From an uncultured Nitrososphaerota archaeon (GTDB lineage Archaea; Asgardarchaeota; Njordarchaeia; Njordarchaeales; Njordarchaeaceae), in assembly GCA_964518475.1 (NCBI GenBank), contig CAZFGR010000007.1:1-64000 (forward strand): DNA of 64,000 bases, given 5' to 3'. The notes beneath the pieces are model-generated. The model did not search any database and was not told where the DNA came from. It saw only the letters and a list, made by a program, of their open reading frames with translations. The translations under genes were made by a program, and so were the position numbers. Within the stretch, counting starts at the first letter, position 1. Each line of letters opens with the position of its first letter. Below are positions 9,893 through 18,657 of the stretch, in pieces.

Positions 9893-9981
9893 AGTCTTTC
9901 ACTCCTTGTCGAGAAATTGTCAATTATTTTAAAATAGAGGCAATATAAGACCTTCCCAAATACAGTAAAGAGCCTATAGAG

Positions 9982-10824
9982 CTAATCTTTAGATGCATCT
10001 CTTCTCTTTCTTACAAACTCTAGGACAACCTTTAGAATATCTCTCTTTACATCTTCTTCTGGCCGATCACTGTTTATTACCACGAAATCTGACAACTCGC
10101 TATATTTTTCCGGCAGTTTCAGAAATTTTTCCCTAGCTTTGGATAATATCTCCTTATCTTCGAATCTGGTGATTTTCTGTCTAGTCTTTGCTATTCTATT
10201 AAGTGCTTCCTCTACAGGGACATCAAGTACGATTACTAACTCTGGAATCTTTATTGATCTATTTATTCCCCAGATATACTCTTCACTAACTCCCCTAATG
10301 GATTGGTAAACTATACTTGAGTACACAGATCTATCACTAATCACTGCTTTATTTTCTTTAAGGGCCGGTAAAACAACATTTTTTTGGAGAATTATTCGAT
10401 CAGCAGCGAAAAGAAAAACTTCGGCATCAGCATCTACATCATAACTGTATAGGAACTCTTTGATCGCTCCTATGTAAGGTTCTACAACATAGATAGCCTC
10501 ATAGCCATACTTACCTAGTTCACTAACGAGCCACTTCGCATGATACGTTTTCCCCGAACCATCTATCCCCTCAAAAGCAATATACGCTCCTCCAACAATT
10601 AACGAGGGATTCCTATTCGGCAGATTCAACCGTTTAATAGTCTCGGACAACAAAACAATATTATGGATTGGGCATAGATATTCCGCAACAATTTCTCCCA
10701 AAAGAGTAGGGAACAGTTTCACACGGGGTCTCACTTCTCTGCTACACTTATAGCAATAAATAAGTCTTGGTTTTTTCTCAATTTTCTCTTTCAAAACGTC
10801 AAATATCCTGGAAGACTCAGTCAT
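9982..10824 (-). CDS. tmk: Thymidylate kinase with N-terminal Zn-ribbon extension
   Basis: FEGIDGSGKT, LFAADR, SDRSVYSSIVYQ; N-terminal CYKC...CPIH. Confidence 0.92.
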   Translation of the reverse strand: MTESSRIFDVLKEKIEKKPRLIYCYKCSREVRPRVKLFPTLLGEIVAEYLCPIHNIVLLSETIKRLNLPNRNPSLIVGGAYIAFEGIDGSGKTYHAKWLVSELGKYGYEAIYVVEPYIGAIKEFLYSYDVDADAEVFLFAADRIILQKNVVLPALKENKAVISDRSVYSSIVYQSIRGVSEEYIWGINRSIKIPELVIVLDVPVEEALNRIAKTRQKITRFEDKEILSKAREKFLKLPEKYSELSDFVVINSDRPEEDVKRDILKVVLEFVRKRRDASKD

Positions 10825-10919
10825 TCAATAACCACCTATACGCGGTAGGACGATTGCTAAGTAGTAAGAGTTAGAGAAGAGCAATAAACATTTCTTATAT
10901 TTGTCTCGAAAATAAAAAA

Positions 10920-10968
10920 TCAGTGTTCGGGACGCTCATCACGCATCAGGCGCGGCCCTGCTCATCAT
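10920..10968 (-). ncRNA. Box C/D sRNA (2'-O-methylation guide)
   Basis: Minus strand reads ATGATGA-GCAGGGCCGCGC-CTGA-tgc-GTGATGA-GCGTCCCGAACA-CTGA: four canonical boxes and two 12-nt guides. Confidence 0.92.
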
Positions 10969-11284
10969 ACGATAACTTTTTTCTTACAGCGAAATCAAAT
11001 CAAAACAATAGAATCATCTAATACTATTAAGCTTTATAGAATTATCACAATCTCTTCCGAGCAATCATGAACTATCTAATCATAATCCTATAAAAATAAA
11101 CGAGAGAGAATTTGGACATAAAATATATAATCAAAGAATATAGGAAAATTTACTTATTCTGGCCCATAAGAAAGGCTATTAGATTTTGGTTTCTGATTAT
11201 ACTCTAAGCAGTGGGAAGACTAGTATACCTGTAATGTGGTTAGGACCAACTCTTCTTTTTTCATTACTCTTGGTTAGATAGGTT

Positions 11285-11692
11285 TTAGTACCACCTCTTT
11301 CGAGGGGCACTAACAACCTTCTCTGAAACATTATTCTCGGTATTTACTTCTTCCGCTGATATTTCATTCTCGCTTTCAATGATTTTTCCTTTTCTACCCA
11401 CGCCTAGACGCAAGGAGTTGCGGAAAACAGACGTATTAACATTTAAGAGATCATATGTTTTTCCGATCTCCACTTTATTTATGTCATCATTCCATAAGGT
11501 TAAGAGGATAACTCCAGTATCATCCCCAACTAATGCTTCACGCACAGTATGTCTCTCTCCCGTATGTCTGGAAAACACGCTTCTAGGCTCAAAAAGCTCT
11601 AAGATACGGACTCGGACATTAATACCCTTAGAACCGACCCTGAGCTCCTTAATCTTCGTAAAGTCTGGTAAACTACTCACTTCTAACACCAT
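11285..11692 (-). CDS. ssb: Single OB-fold ssDNA-binding protein (crenarchaeal SSB type)
   Basis: KIKEL..INVRVRILE, REALVGDDTGVILLTLWN, LRLGVGRKG, basic tail. Confidence 0.85.
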   Translation of the reverse strand: MVLEVSSLPDFTKIKELRVGSKGINVRVRILELFEPRSVFSRHTGERHTVREALVGDDTGVILLTLWNDDINKVEIGKTYDLLNVNTSVFRNSLRLGVGRKGKIIESENEISAEEVNTENNVSEKVVSAPRKRWY

Positions 11693-11844
11693 CGGATTGT
11701 TTTCTCTTCAGAAAGAGATTGTACAAAACCAATCTCTTCCTGAATGGGCTTTAGAAAGCCTAGAGATAAAGAAGGAGGCTAAGGTATATAAAGCTATGTT
11801 TTTAATATATCCTCTCGCTAGCTAGCTGGATTTTCTAGAGGTAT

Positions 11845-13116
11845 TTATATAGGTCTCTCGTATCCCCATTTCTGGAGAGCCCTTGAAAGTTCGGGACTCT
11901 CCTTACTTTTCTCCTCTAACGAAATACCTGTTAAAGCAGCATCTATCGCGTCTCGTACGGCCTTAGCTCCCGCTCTTGGCCCGTTAGGATGCCCAAAAAC
12001 TCCACCACCTACTTGTAAAACTACGTCAATTCCAGTAATCTTGAGGACTTCTGGTATTAATCCTGGATGTAAGCCTCCCGACGATACTGGGAATACTGTT
12101 TTTATGTGATACCAGGGCTTTCTTAAGAAGCTATTAATGCTCTTCACCTCTTCTAAACGTGATTCTAGTTTCCCAATAACTGTTCCAGTATGTATCTGGT
12201 CAACGCCGATAAGTCTGGATAATTTAGCGATTACCAACATTGATATGCCATGTTTTCTATTTCTCGTGAATGCTGCATGCATTGCTCTATGAGCATGGAT
12301 AGCTAATCCAAGATCCTCGCAAGTTTCTCGGATAGTTTGTAGTGAAGCAAACCCTGTCGTTATTATGTCCACCATTACGTATTCTCCACCATAATCAGCT
12401 ACTAACTTAGCCCTCCTTATCATTTCCCGTGTTTCAGCTGTGATGTTTATCAAATAGCTCTTTCTCTGACCTGTTTCAGCTTCCACTTTGTCACGTGTTT
12501 TAAATACGAGCTCGACTCTTTTCTCGAATTTATTAAATTTCAAACTTGTTAAGTTTTCATCATCTTTTACTAAGTCAATGCCTCCAAACCATACTTCGTA
12601 CGCAATTTTCGCAAATTCTTCAGCACTATAACCTACTTTTGGTTTTGGTACACTAGCCGTGATTGGCCTATCATATATTTTGAGAAGCCGCCTTATGCCC
12701 TCGATTCCGTGTAAAGGACCTTTAAATGCTTTAACATATTCTTCTGGTAATTCAATATCAATTAATCGCAAATTTTTAACTGCTTTCATACCAAAAATAT
12801 TGCCAGCGACGCCAGAAAGTAGTTGGGGTATATTACCTGGTTCCCACAGATCTAGGGGATATGCTACCCAGATAATATTATTCTCATGATCAATCTTGTA
12901 TACCCTCGCCATAATATCTCGTACTCTTCCGGGTAATTCTGTTAATGTTGTCCAAGTTCCTACGCTACTCTCGGAAGCCACTCTACCCGCCGCTTCCTCT
13001 AGAGAGAACCCCTCAGCTGGTTCTACGTAAAAGGTGGCTAATAAATCGCTCTTCGATGGCTTATATGATAAGTCAACGAAATCTAAATACCAATCTTTTT
13101 TCTCCATTTTCTTCAT
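11845..13116 (-). CDS. rbcL: RuBisCO form III large subunit
   Basis: ASESSVGTWT, AGNIFGMK, KPKVG, GIDLVKDDENL, HAHRAMH, GKL, SGGLHPG, GGGVFGHP. Confidence 0.96.
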   Translation of the reverse strand: MKKMEKKDWYLDFVDLSYKPSKSDLLATFYVEPAEGFSLEEAAGRVASESSVGTWTTLTELPGRVRDIMARVYKIDHENNIIWVAYPLDLWEPGNIPQLLSGVAGNIFGMKAVKNLRLIDIELPEEYVKAFKGPLHGIEGIRRLLKIYDRPITASVPKPKVGYSAEEFAKIAYEVWFGGIDLVKDDENLTSLKFNKFEKRVELVFKTRDKVEAETGQRKSYLINITAETREMIRRAKLVADYGGEYVMVDIITTGFASLQTIRETCEDLGLAIHAHRAMHAAFTRNRKHGISMLVIAKLSRLIGVDQIHTGTVIGKLESRLEEVKSINSFLRKPWYHIKTVFPVSSGGLHPGLIPEVLKITGIDVVLQVGGGVFGHPNGPRAGAKAVRDAIDAALTGISLEEKSKESPELSRALQKWGYERPI

Positions 13117-13955
13117 TCTCCTATAGAAACGACTTCTTTTTCGGATACCCAGTATATCCGAGATATGTAAAGCTCATCTTCTCTAAAGTATCCCTTTAAC
13201 ACAACTAATTTGTCTAGAAGGGATGGAGCGGGTGGGTCTTTAAAATAAACCGCTGGGAATGTACCTGATTTATCACTGACTACGTATCTCCATACCTTCT
13301 CCACTTCGGGCTCCACGCTTCCATGTTCGGGACACACCCAATCAGAATCCTGAAGCTCTAGACTTTTTCCACATACTGGGCATGCAAAATACTCCGATGT
13401 GCTTTCATCAATGACCAATACTTTGACTAACCAAGCCCCTTTATTCTCCTTCATAAATGTTAGGAACTCGGCCCAAGCCGGTTTCAAATCAGTTATTGGA
13501 GGCAATTTAGAATCATCCAGTATCTCAATGATAGAGTTCTCCGTCACCTTAACAAGAGTATACTTCCTTAGTTTTGCCTTAGTGTATTTCCTAATCATCA
13601 AGACTTTATCCTCTGATTCCCGGAGAAGATTTACGTGATGCTCACCGAAAGCCACACAAGGAATTCGTTCCTCCTCATTAACCACCGTAAATAATACGTA
13701 AGGAGTTTCCCCAGAAGCACTTCTTGACTTTCTAACTGGGCCTACCTCAAGTAATCGCCCTATAATCGGAGCATAAGCTATCTGAGAAGTATCCACTCCC
13801 AGATTCCTAGCAACAATCATAGCTGCTGCTCTCTTTGTGAGAAAACTTTTTGCCTTAGAATATACCTTCTCCACAAGCTCATCAAATTCTGTGCGAGAAA
13901 TATTAACAGTCTTTTTCACGACATCCCAGATATCTTCATAGTCATTAGAGCTCAT
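13113..13955 (-). CDS. RPA-like OB-fold protein with Zn finger
   Basis: AAAMIVARNLGV N-terminal helix, OB strands, CPVCGK..CPEHG, VSDKSG. Stop overlaps the rbcL ATG (ATGA). Confidence 0.65.
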   Translation of the reverse strand: MSSNDYEDIWDVVKKTVNISRTEFDELVEKVYSKAKSFLTKRAAAMIVARNLGVDTSQIAYAPIIGRLLEVGPVRKSRSASGETPYVLFTVVNEEERIPCVAFGEHHVNLLRESEDKVLMIRKYTKAKLRKYTLVKVTENSIIEILDDSKLPPITDLKPAWAEFLTFMKENKGAWLVKVLVIDESTSEYFACPVCGKSLELQDSDWVCPEHGSVEPEVEKVWRYVVSDKSGTFPAVYFKDPPAPSLLDKLVVLKGYFREDELYISRIYWVSEKEVVSIGE

Positions 13956-14068
13956 TAGGATCACATCGACTAAACATAAATGGCGCTGTATCAATATAAA
14001 GACCCAGATATAAAAACATGATGAGGATTATTTATCCTTTTTTAGTCCTATATTACTGGTGCCTATTA

Positions 14069-16057
14069 ATGCCCAAAGTAAAATTATTCATTGGAGACCA
14101 TCTACTAGAGTCGAATGAGTTAGACATAAAACAATACATACAAGTCAATAACTATTTGAGAAGATTCTGTGTCTCAGATGCTTCAAAAGGCGGGTTAAGA
14201 CTAGACTGGCGAATTTTTATTTCTCCCGAACAATTGTTGGAAAAACTGGAGAATACTCTGGGAGTGGATAACTCGTTTGTAACTGCTCTGAGAAGGATAA
14301 CAGCGAAATTATTAAAAGAGACGCCAAATATTCTCTTAGAAAATGATTACATATTCTTCGCAATTAAAGAATATGATTATAATGAAGTAATAGAAAGAAT
14401 AGGGGGAGAACTCGTTCTAAAAATAATCGAGATTAGAGATCTAGGAAAAATAGAATGTCCTTATCTCCGGTTTTCTAGAGAGAAGCTTCCTTTATTGGTA
14501 CAGCAATTCAATGATCCTATGCTACCAGAGAATTTCAGAAAGCTCCTAATTGAATTGAGGAATAAAATGGCTGAACAGAAAGTGGTTATTAGAGAATTCG
14601 GAGTAAAATGGATTGAAGTAAAAATACCTATGATGGCTTCGAAAGAATTTTTGGAAGAATTGAAAAGCTTGGGAGTTGTGAGATATTATATCTCGGATTC
14701 TTCTACTGGAGAACTGGTTCTAAAAGAAGAGAAAATGTACAAAGAAGTAAGGAGTCAGGAAGGTGTTCTCCTAAGATTACCTAATTACGCAATAGCTATG
14801 GTGTCAAAAATTTGTGCAAAACACGGCTATTTACCAGACATAACTATAAAGATCCCAGATAAGATAAGTGAGGAAATTGATCAAAAATTCCAACTCATGC
14901 CTTATCAAGACGATGCCCTTAAAGCATGGATCAATAACAATAATTTGGGAACAATTGTGATTCCGACTGGAGGTGGGAAAACCTTCATAGGACTAGCAGC
15001 AATATCAAAACTAAAAGTACCGACCATTGTTTTCGTGCCAAATAAACTCCTTCTGTGGCAGTGGAGGGATAGAATTAACAAGTTCCTCGGCATCCCTAAG
15101 GACGAGATAGGAATCTTAGGCGCAGGTGAAAAGAAAATTAAGGACATAACTGTAGCCACTTATCAATCAGGAGTTAAATATGTTGAAAAAATCGCGACGA
15201 GGTTTTCTCTTGTAATATTTGATGAAGGCCATCATGTTCCGGCAAGAACCTTTAAGGATACAGCCCTCTACATGCGAGCACCTTATAGAATGGCTCTTTC
15301 CGCCACACCGCAAAGATTTGATAAAAATGAAATCCTCCTCTTTCAATTAGCTGGAGAAATAGTATACAAGATTGATTATTCCGAGCTCGTTAGAAGAGGA
15401 ATTCTCGCACCCCTAGCGGTGAGAAAGATTCTCGTACCGTTGCCGCCAGAGTTACAACCTTTATATAATGCCTTGGAAAAAGAGGCGAAAAACGCTACTG
15501 ATGAATTCGATAGGAAGAAAAAAATTAATAAATTGATAGAAGTGGCGAGAGACAATCCAGAGAAAATAGGTGTTGTGAGAGAGATTGTTAAGAAGCATAA
15601 AGATGAGAAAATCTTCATTTTTGCGGGTAGTATAAATTTCGCTGAAACAATAGCTTCAGCAATAAGAGATATTATCCCAACAGCAGTTCTCACAGCAAAA
15701 ATAAGTGAAAGTGAAGAGAAAAAAATCGCGAAAGATTTCTTAGAGGGTAGGATTAGGGCACTAGTCTTAGTTAAAAAAGGCGAAGAAGGCTTAGATGTTG
15801 GCGACGCTAGTGTAGCGATAATTGCGGGTGGATCAAAACAGGTGAGAGAGTTTATTCAGAGAGTAGGGAGAGTGCTTAGAGGTGGGCCAACGAAACTAGC
15901 ATGGGTTTATGAGATAGTTACTAAGAACACAATAGAAGAGGCTATAAGCAGGGCTAGAAGAGCAAGAGAATTAGTGAGAGGAATTGAAGATTTTATAAAA
16001 AAGAACTATGGCGTTAGAGCTTTTAGGGTAATAAACTGGCCATCAAAATTTTTATAA
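14069..16057 (+). CDS. XPB/Rad25-like SF2 helicase with long N-terminal extension
   Basis: LMPYQ, PTGGGKT, ATYQS, DEGHH, LSATP, EGLDV, QRVGRVLR. Confidence 0.88.
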   Translation: MPKVKLFIGDHLLESNELDIKQYIQVNNYLRRFCVSDASKGGLRLDWRIFISPEQLLEKLENTLGVDNSFVTALRRITAKLLKETPNILLENDYIFFAIKEYDYNEVIERIGGELVLKIIEIRDLGKIECPYLRFSREKLPLLVQQFNDPMLPENFRKLLIELRNKMAEQKVVIREFGVKWIEVKIPMMASKEFLEELKSLGVVRYYISDSSTGELVLKEEKMYKEVRSQEGVLLRLPNYAIAMVSKICAKHGYLPDITIKIPDKISEEIDQKFQLMPYQDDALKAWINNNNLGTIVIPTGGGKTFIGLAAISKLKVPTIVFVPNKLLLWQWRDRINKFLGIPKDEIGILGAGEKKIKDITVATYQSGVKYVEKIATRFSLVIFDEGHHVPARTFKDTALYMRAPYRMALSATPQRFDKNEILLFQLAGEIVYKIDYSELVRRGILAPLAVRKILVPLPPELQPLYNALEKEAKNATDEFDRKKKINKLIEVARDNPEKIGVVREIVKKHKDEKIFIFAGSINFAETIASAIRDIIPTAVLTAKISESEEKKIAKDFLEGRIRALVLVKKGEEGLDVGDASVAIIAGGSKQVREFIQRVGRVLRGGPTKLAWVYEIVTKNTIEEAISRARRARELVRGIEDFIKKNYGVRAFRVINWPSKFL

Positions 16058-16078
16058 GATTCTTCAATCCCCTATAGT

Positions 16079-16152
16079 TAGTTGAGAGCCTCAGGCTCGA
16101 TGAATGAGCGCGGATGCCTAGTGGCGATGAAGCGCACCCCTTTCTCGATCTA
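16079..16152 (+). ncRNA. Candidate k-turn hairpin sRNA (H/ACA-like or degenerate C/D)
   Basis: GC-rich island: GCGC-GGA-T-GCC-tagt-GGC-GAT-GAA-GCGC; lower stem TTGAGAG/TTCTCGA. No ACA box seen. Confidence 0.4.
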
Positions 16153-16244
16153 TCGGGTGAGTAGAGATAGAGTCTTATTCAGAATTCAGCGAACTATCAG
16201 AAGTTCTGGAGACTAATTATAAGGATAACTTCGTAGGCTTCCTT

Positions 16245-16526
16245 GTGCTAGAATTACCCGAGAACAACATCATCAGTATTGTCGTTGTTCTTAGGAAGCG
16301 TTCCCCCATAATGGTTGAGGATTCCGTTAGGGCGTATAGCCTGGTGAAATACTATTATCCAGAAGCCAGAAATATCTCCATAATCACCCTAAATGAGTTG
16401 AAAGACAAAATAAAGAATGATCAGTGCGTAGCAATGCTGTTAAGAGAGAATACCGTCTTTCTCTATGCTAAAGATGAAGAACTTAAGAAAATAATAAAAG
16501 AGCTTAGTCAGCCATCTAATGAATGA
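16245..16526 (+). CDS. Hypothetical protein, possibly degenerate minimal nucleotidyltransferase fold
   Basis: Frame stays open upstream to about 16161. LETNYKDNFVGFLV...ISIVVVL...ISIITLNEL pattern lacks the GS and DxD motifs. Confidence 0.5.
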   Translation: MLELPENNIISIVVVLRKRSPIMVEDSVRAYSLVKYYYPEARNISIITLNELKDKIKNDQCVAMLLRENTVFLYAKDEELKKIIKELSQPSNE

Positions 16527-16577
16527 TTTCCGAGAATCTTATAAATTAGGTTAAAAATTTAGGAAAGGATGTAGACT

Positions 16578-17636
16578 TTACTCCTTTAGACCAGAACAAG
16601 GAATATTTTGTATTTCTTTTGGCCACTCTCCAGTCTCTAAATATTCATCTACTGCCTTAGCGACGATTTTCCCCATCTTAATGGCTGATGCTATGTCTTT
16701 AGGACCCGTTACCACATCTCCCGCTGCGAATACTTTTTTGCGCGTCGTCCTACCTTTTTCATCCACAATTATTCTATTTCTAGAATCTACAGCGATATCA
16801 TATTTGTTAGGGTCTTCAAACGGAGGTGTAGGTATCTCTCCTATAGCAAGTAATACGGTATCACAAGGTATCTGGAATTCGCTTCCGGGAATCGGCTCAG
16901 GACGAGGCCGACCTGAAGAGTCGAGTTCTCCTAAGCGCATCCGAACACATTCAACAGCTTTTACTCTACCTGTTTCATCCCCTACAAACCTGATTGGTGA
17001 TGCTAGGAAAACGAAGTTAACTCCCTCTTTTTCCGCGGCTTCTACCTCTGTCTTGTGAGCTGGCATATACTCCTTAGTTCGCCTATACACTATGGTAACA
17101 TTGGCTCCTAGCCTCTTGACAGTCCTTGCTCCGTCAATCGCACTATTCCCGCCACCTATCACCACAACCTTTTTTCCAATTTTTGGAACTTCCTCTTCTT
17201 CTAAGTATCCTTTTTTGTAAAGTGATAATTTAACTAGGAAATCGAGAACGGGGTATATTCCTTCAAGCTCTCTACCCGGAATATCTAACTCAACTTCCTT
17301 CCAAGCCCCTGTCGCTATTACAATTGCATCGTATTGTTGTAGAAGTTGTTCAAATTCTATATCCTTTCCAACTCGTGTTTTACATACGAATAAAACACCT
17401 ACCTCCTCTAGTTCTTTAATCCCCTGAATAATCTTATCCTTCGGCATCCTGAAGTCTGGAATACCGAAAATTAAAAGTCCTCCAGGCTCGGGCATGGCAT
17501 CATAAACTGTTACCTCATGACCCATGCATATTAGGCCCCCCGCAATAGTTAGTCCTGCAGGCCCAGCTCCTATTATGGCAACTTTTTTCCCTGTGAGTGG
17601 ATGTTTTGTCTCAGGAGTACACTGAGAAAACTTCAT
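16578..17636 (-). CDS. GltD/SudA-like FAD/NAD(P) oxidoreductase lacking the N-terminal Fe-S domain
   Basis: GAGPAG, GGLLIFGIPDFRMPK, IATGA, GGGNSAIDGAR, YRR, FAAGDVVTGP. Confidence 0.88.
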   Translation of the reverse strand: MKFSQCTPETKHPLTGKKVAIIGAGPAGLTIAGGLICMGHEVTVYDAMPEPGGLLIFGIPDFRMPKDKIIQGIKELEEVGVLFVCKTRVGKDIEFEQLLQQYDAIVIATGAWKEVELDIPGRELEGIYPVLDFLVKLSLYKKGYLEEEEVPKIGKKVVVIGGGNSAIDGARTVKRLGANVTIVYRRTKEYMPAHKTEVEAAEKEGVNFVFLASPIRFVGDETGRVKAVECVRMRLGELDSSGRPRPEPIPGSEFQIPCDTVLLAIGEIPTPPFEDPNKYDIAVDSRNRIIVDEKGRTTRKKVFAAGDVVTGPKDIASAIKMGKIVAKAVDEYLETGEWPKEIQNIPCSGLKE

Positions 17637-17772
17637 AGTATAAACCTCCAAAAATTACTGCAAATGAACAATTTTTAATTCGGAGTTACTTCTTTTTAGA
17701 AAAATAAGTATTTCACATAACGTCTACGCTAACAACTAACCCATAGAATTTATTTTAGAATCCACGATATTC

Positions 17773-18657
17773 TCATTTCACAATATCTTTTAGTGTGTTA
17801 AGACTATCGATGAGATCCCCAGAAGTTACCTCTTTTTTCTCTGATAAGCTTTTTGCAATCTCTTCTAAGATAGCAAGAACGAACTCTTCCTTTGCGTTCT
17901 CAAACAATTCAGCCACTAATTGATTCTCAACAACACGTTTACTGGGTCTTGTCGCAATATTAACAACAGCTACCCTGGTGTTCTCTATAAGCATTACTGG
18001 AGAAGTCTTCGACATTATCGCAATATCTGTCACGTATTTCGGGTTCTGCATTAGCGTCTCCACGAACCTGGTGGGTTCTACAAAGTATTTTAGGAACGGC
18101 CCTTTATTCTCATTAAATTCTATGTAAATTATATTTCGGATACCAAAGTTGATCAAAACGTTTCTCAGGTCTTTCTCAATATTTAATAAGCCGGGGTTAT
18201 CGATTACTCTTCTCTTGTTCTCCAAGAAATCTATTATGCTGCGAATTTTTTGAAAGATCTCATTCCTTTCTAAGTTAACCCTATAGACTTTTGCGCCGCC
18301 ACTCAGATAAGTCTCCAAAGCTCCAATACTAACAATCTTATCAAGAATTCTCTCTACCTTATCACTTGGCAATTTTGATTTTCTAGATATTTCGCTGAGA
18401 GAGAATAAGAAAAGTGTTAAAGCGGATTGTAGAACTCCTAAGTACTCATTTAAATTGAATTCGTAAATCTCCCGATACTCATCACTCTGGCTAGCAAGAG
18501 ATTCTTGAATGATTTCTCTCACAAATCTCCTCGTTTTTCTTCGCCGAGATTTAATCAGCGATAAAACATAGTCCAGAGAATACACAATGAGACTACCTAT
18601 CAGGAAACCCATTACAATACTTAATACCAAAGATAAATTTACTTGCAAAGGAATCAT
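17773..18657 (-). CDS. Membrane-anchored winged-helix protein with C-terminal longin/uDENN-like domain
   Basis: N-terminal TM followed by SRRRKTRR; wHTH SLSEISRKSKLPSDKVERILDKIVSIGALE; IIYIEFNENKGPFLKYF motif. ATG 18657 overlaps the upstream stop. Confidence 0.6.
   Translation of the reverse strand: MIPLQVNLSLVLSIVMGFLIGSLIVYSLDYVLSLIKSRRRKTRRFVREIIQESLASQSDEYREIYEFNLNEYLGVLQSALTLFLFSLSEISRKSKLPSDKVERILDKIVSIGALETYLSGGAKVYRVNLERNEIFQKIRSIIDFLENKRRVIDNPGLLNIEKDLRNVLINFGIRNIIYIEFNENKGPFLKYFVEPTRFVETLMQNPKYVTDIAIMSKTSPVMLIENTRVAVVNIATRPSKRVVENQLVAELFENAKEEFVLAILEEIAKSLSEKKEVTSGDLIDSLNTLKDIVK

Noticed and set aside
16110-16165. tRNA-like fragment AGCGCACCCC...GGGTGAG
   Set aside because: No T-loop (TTCRA) and no cloverleaf.
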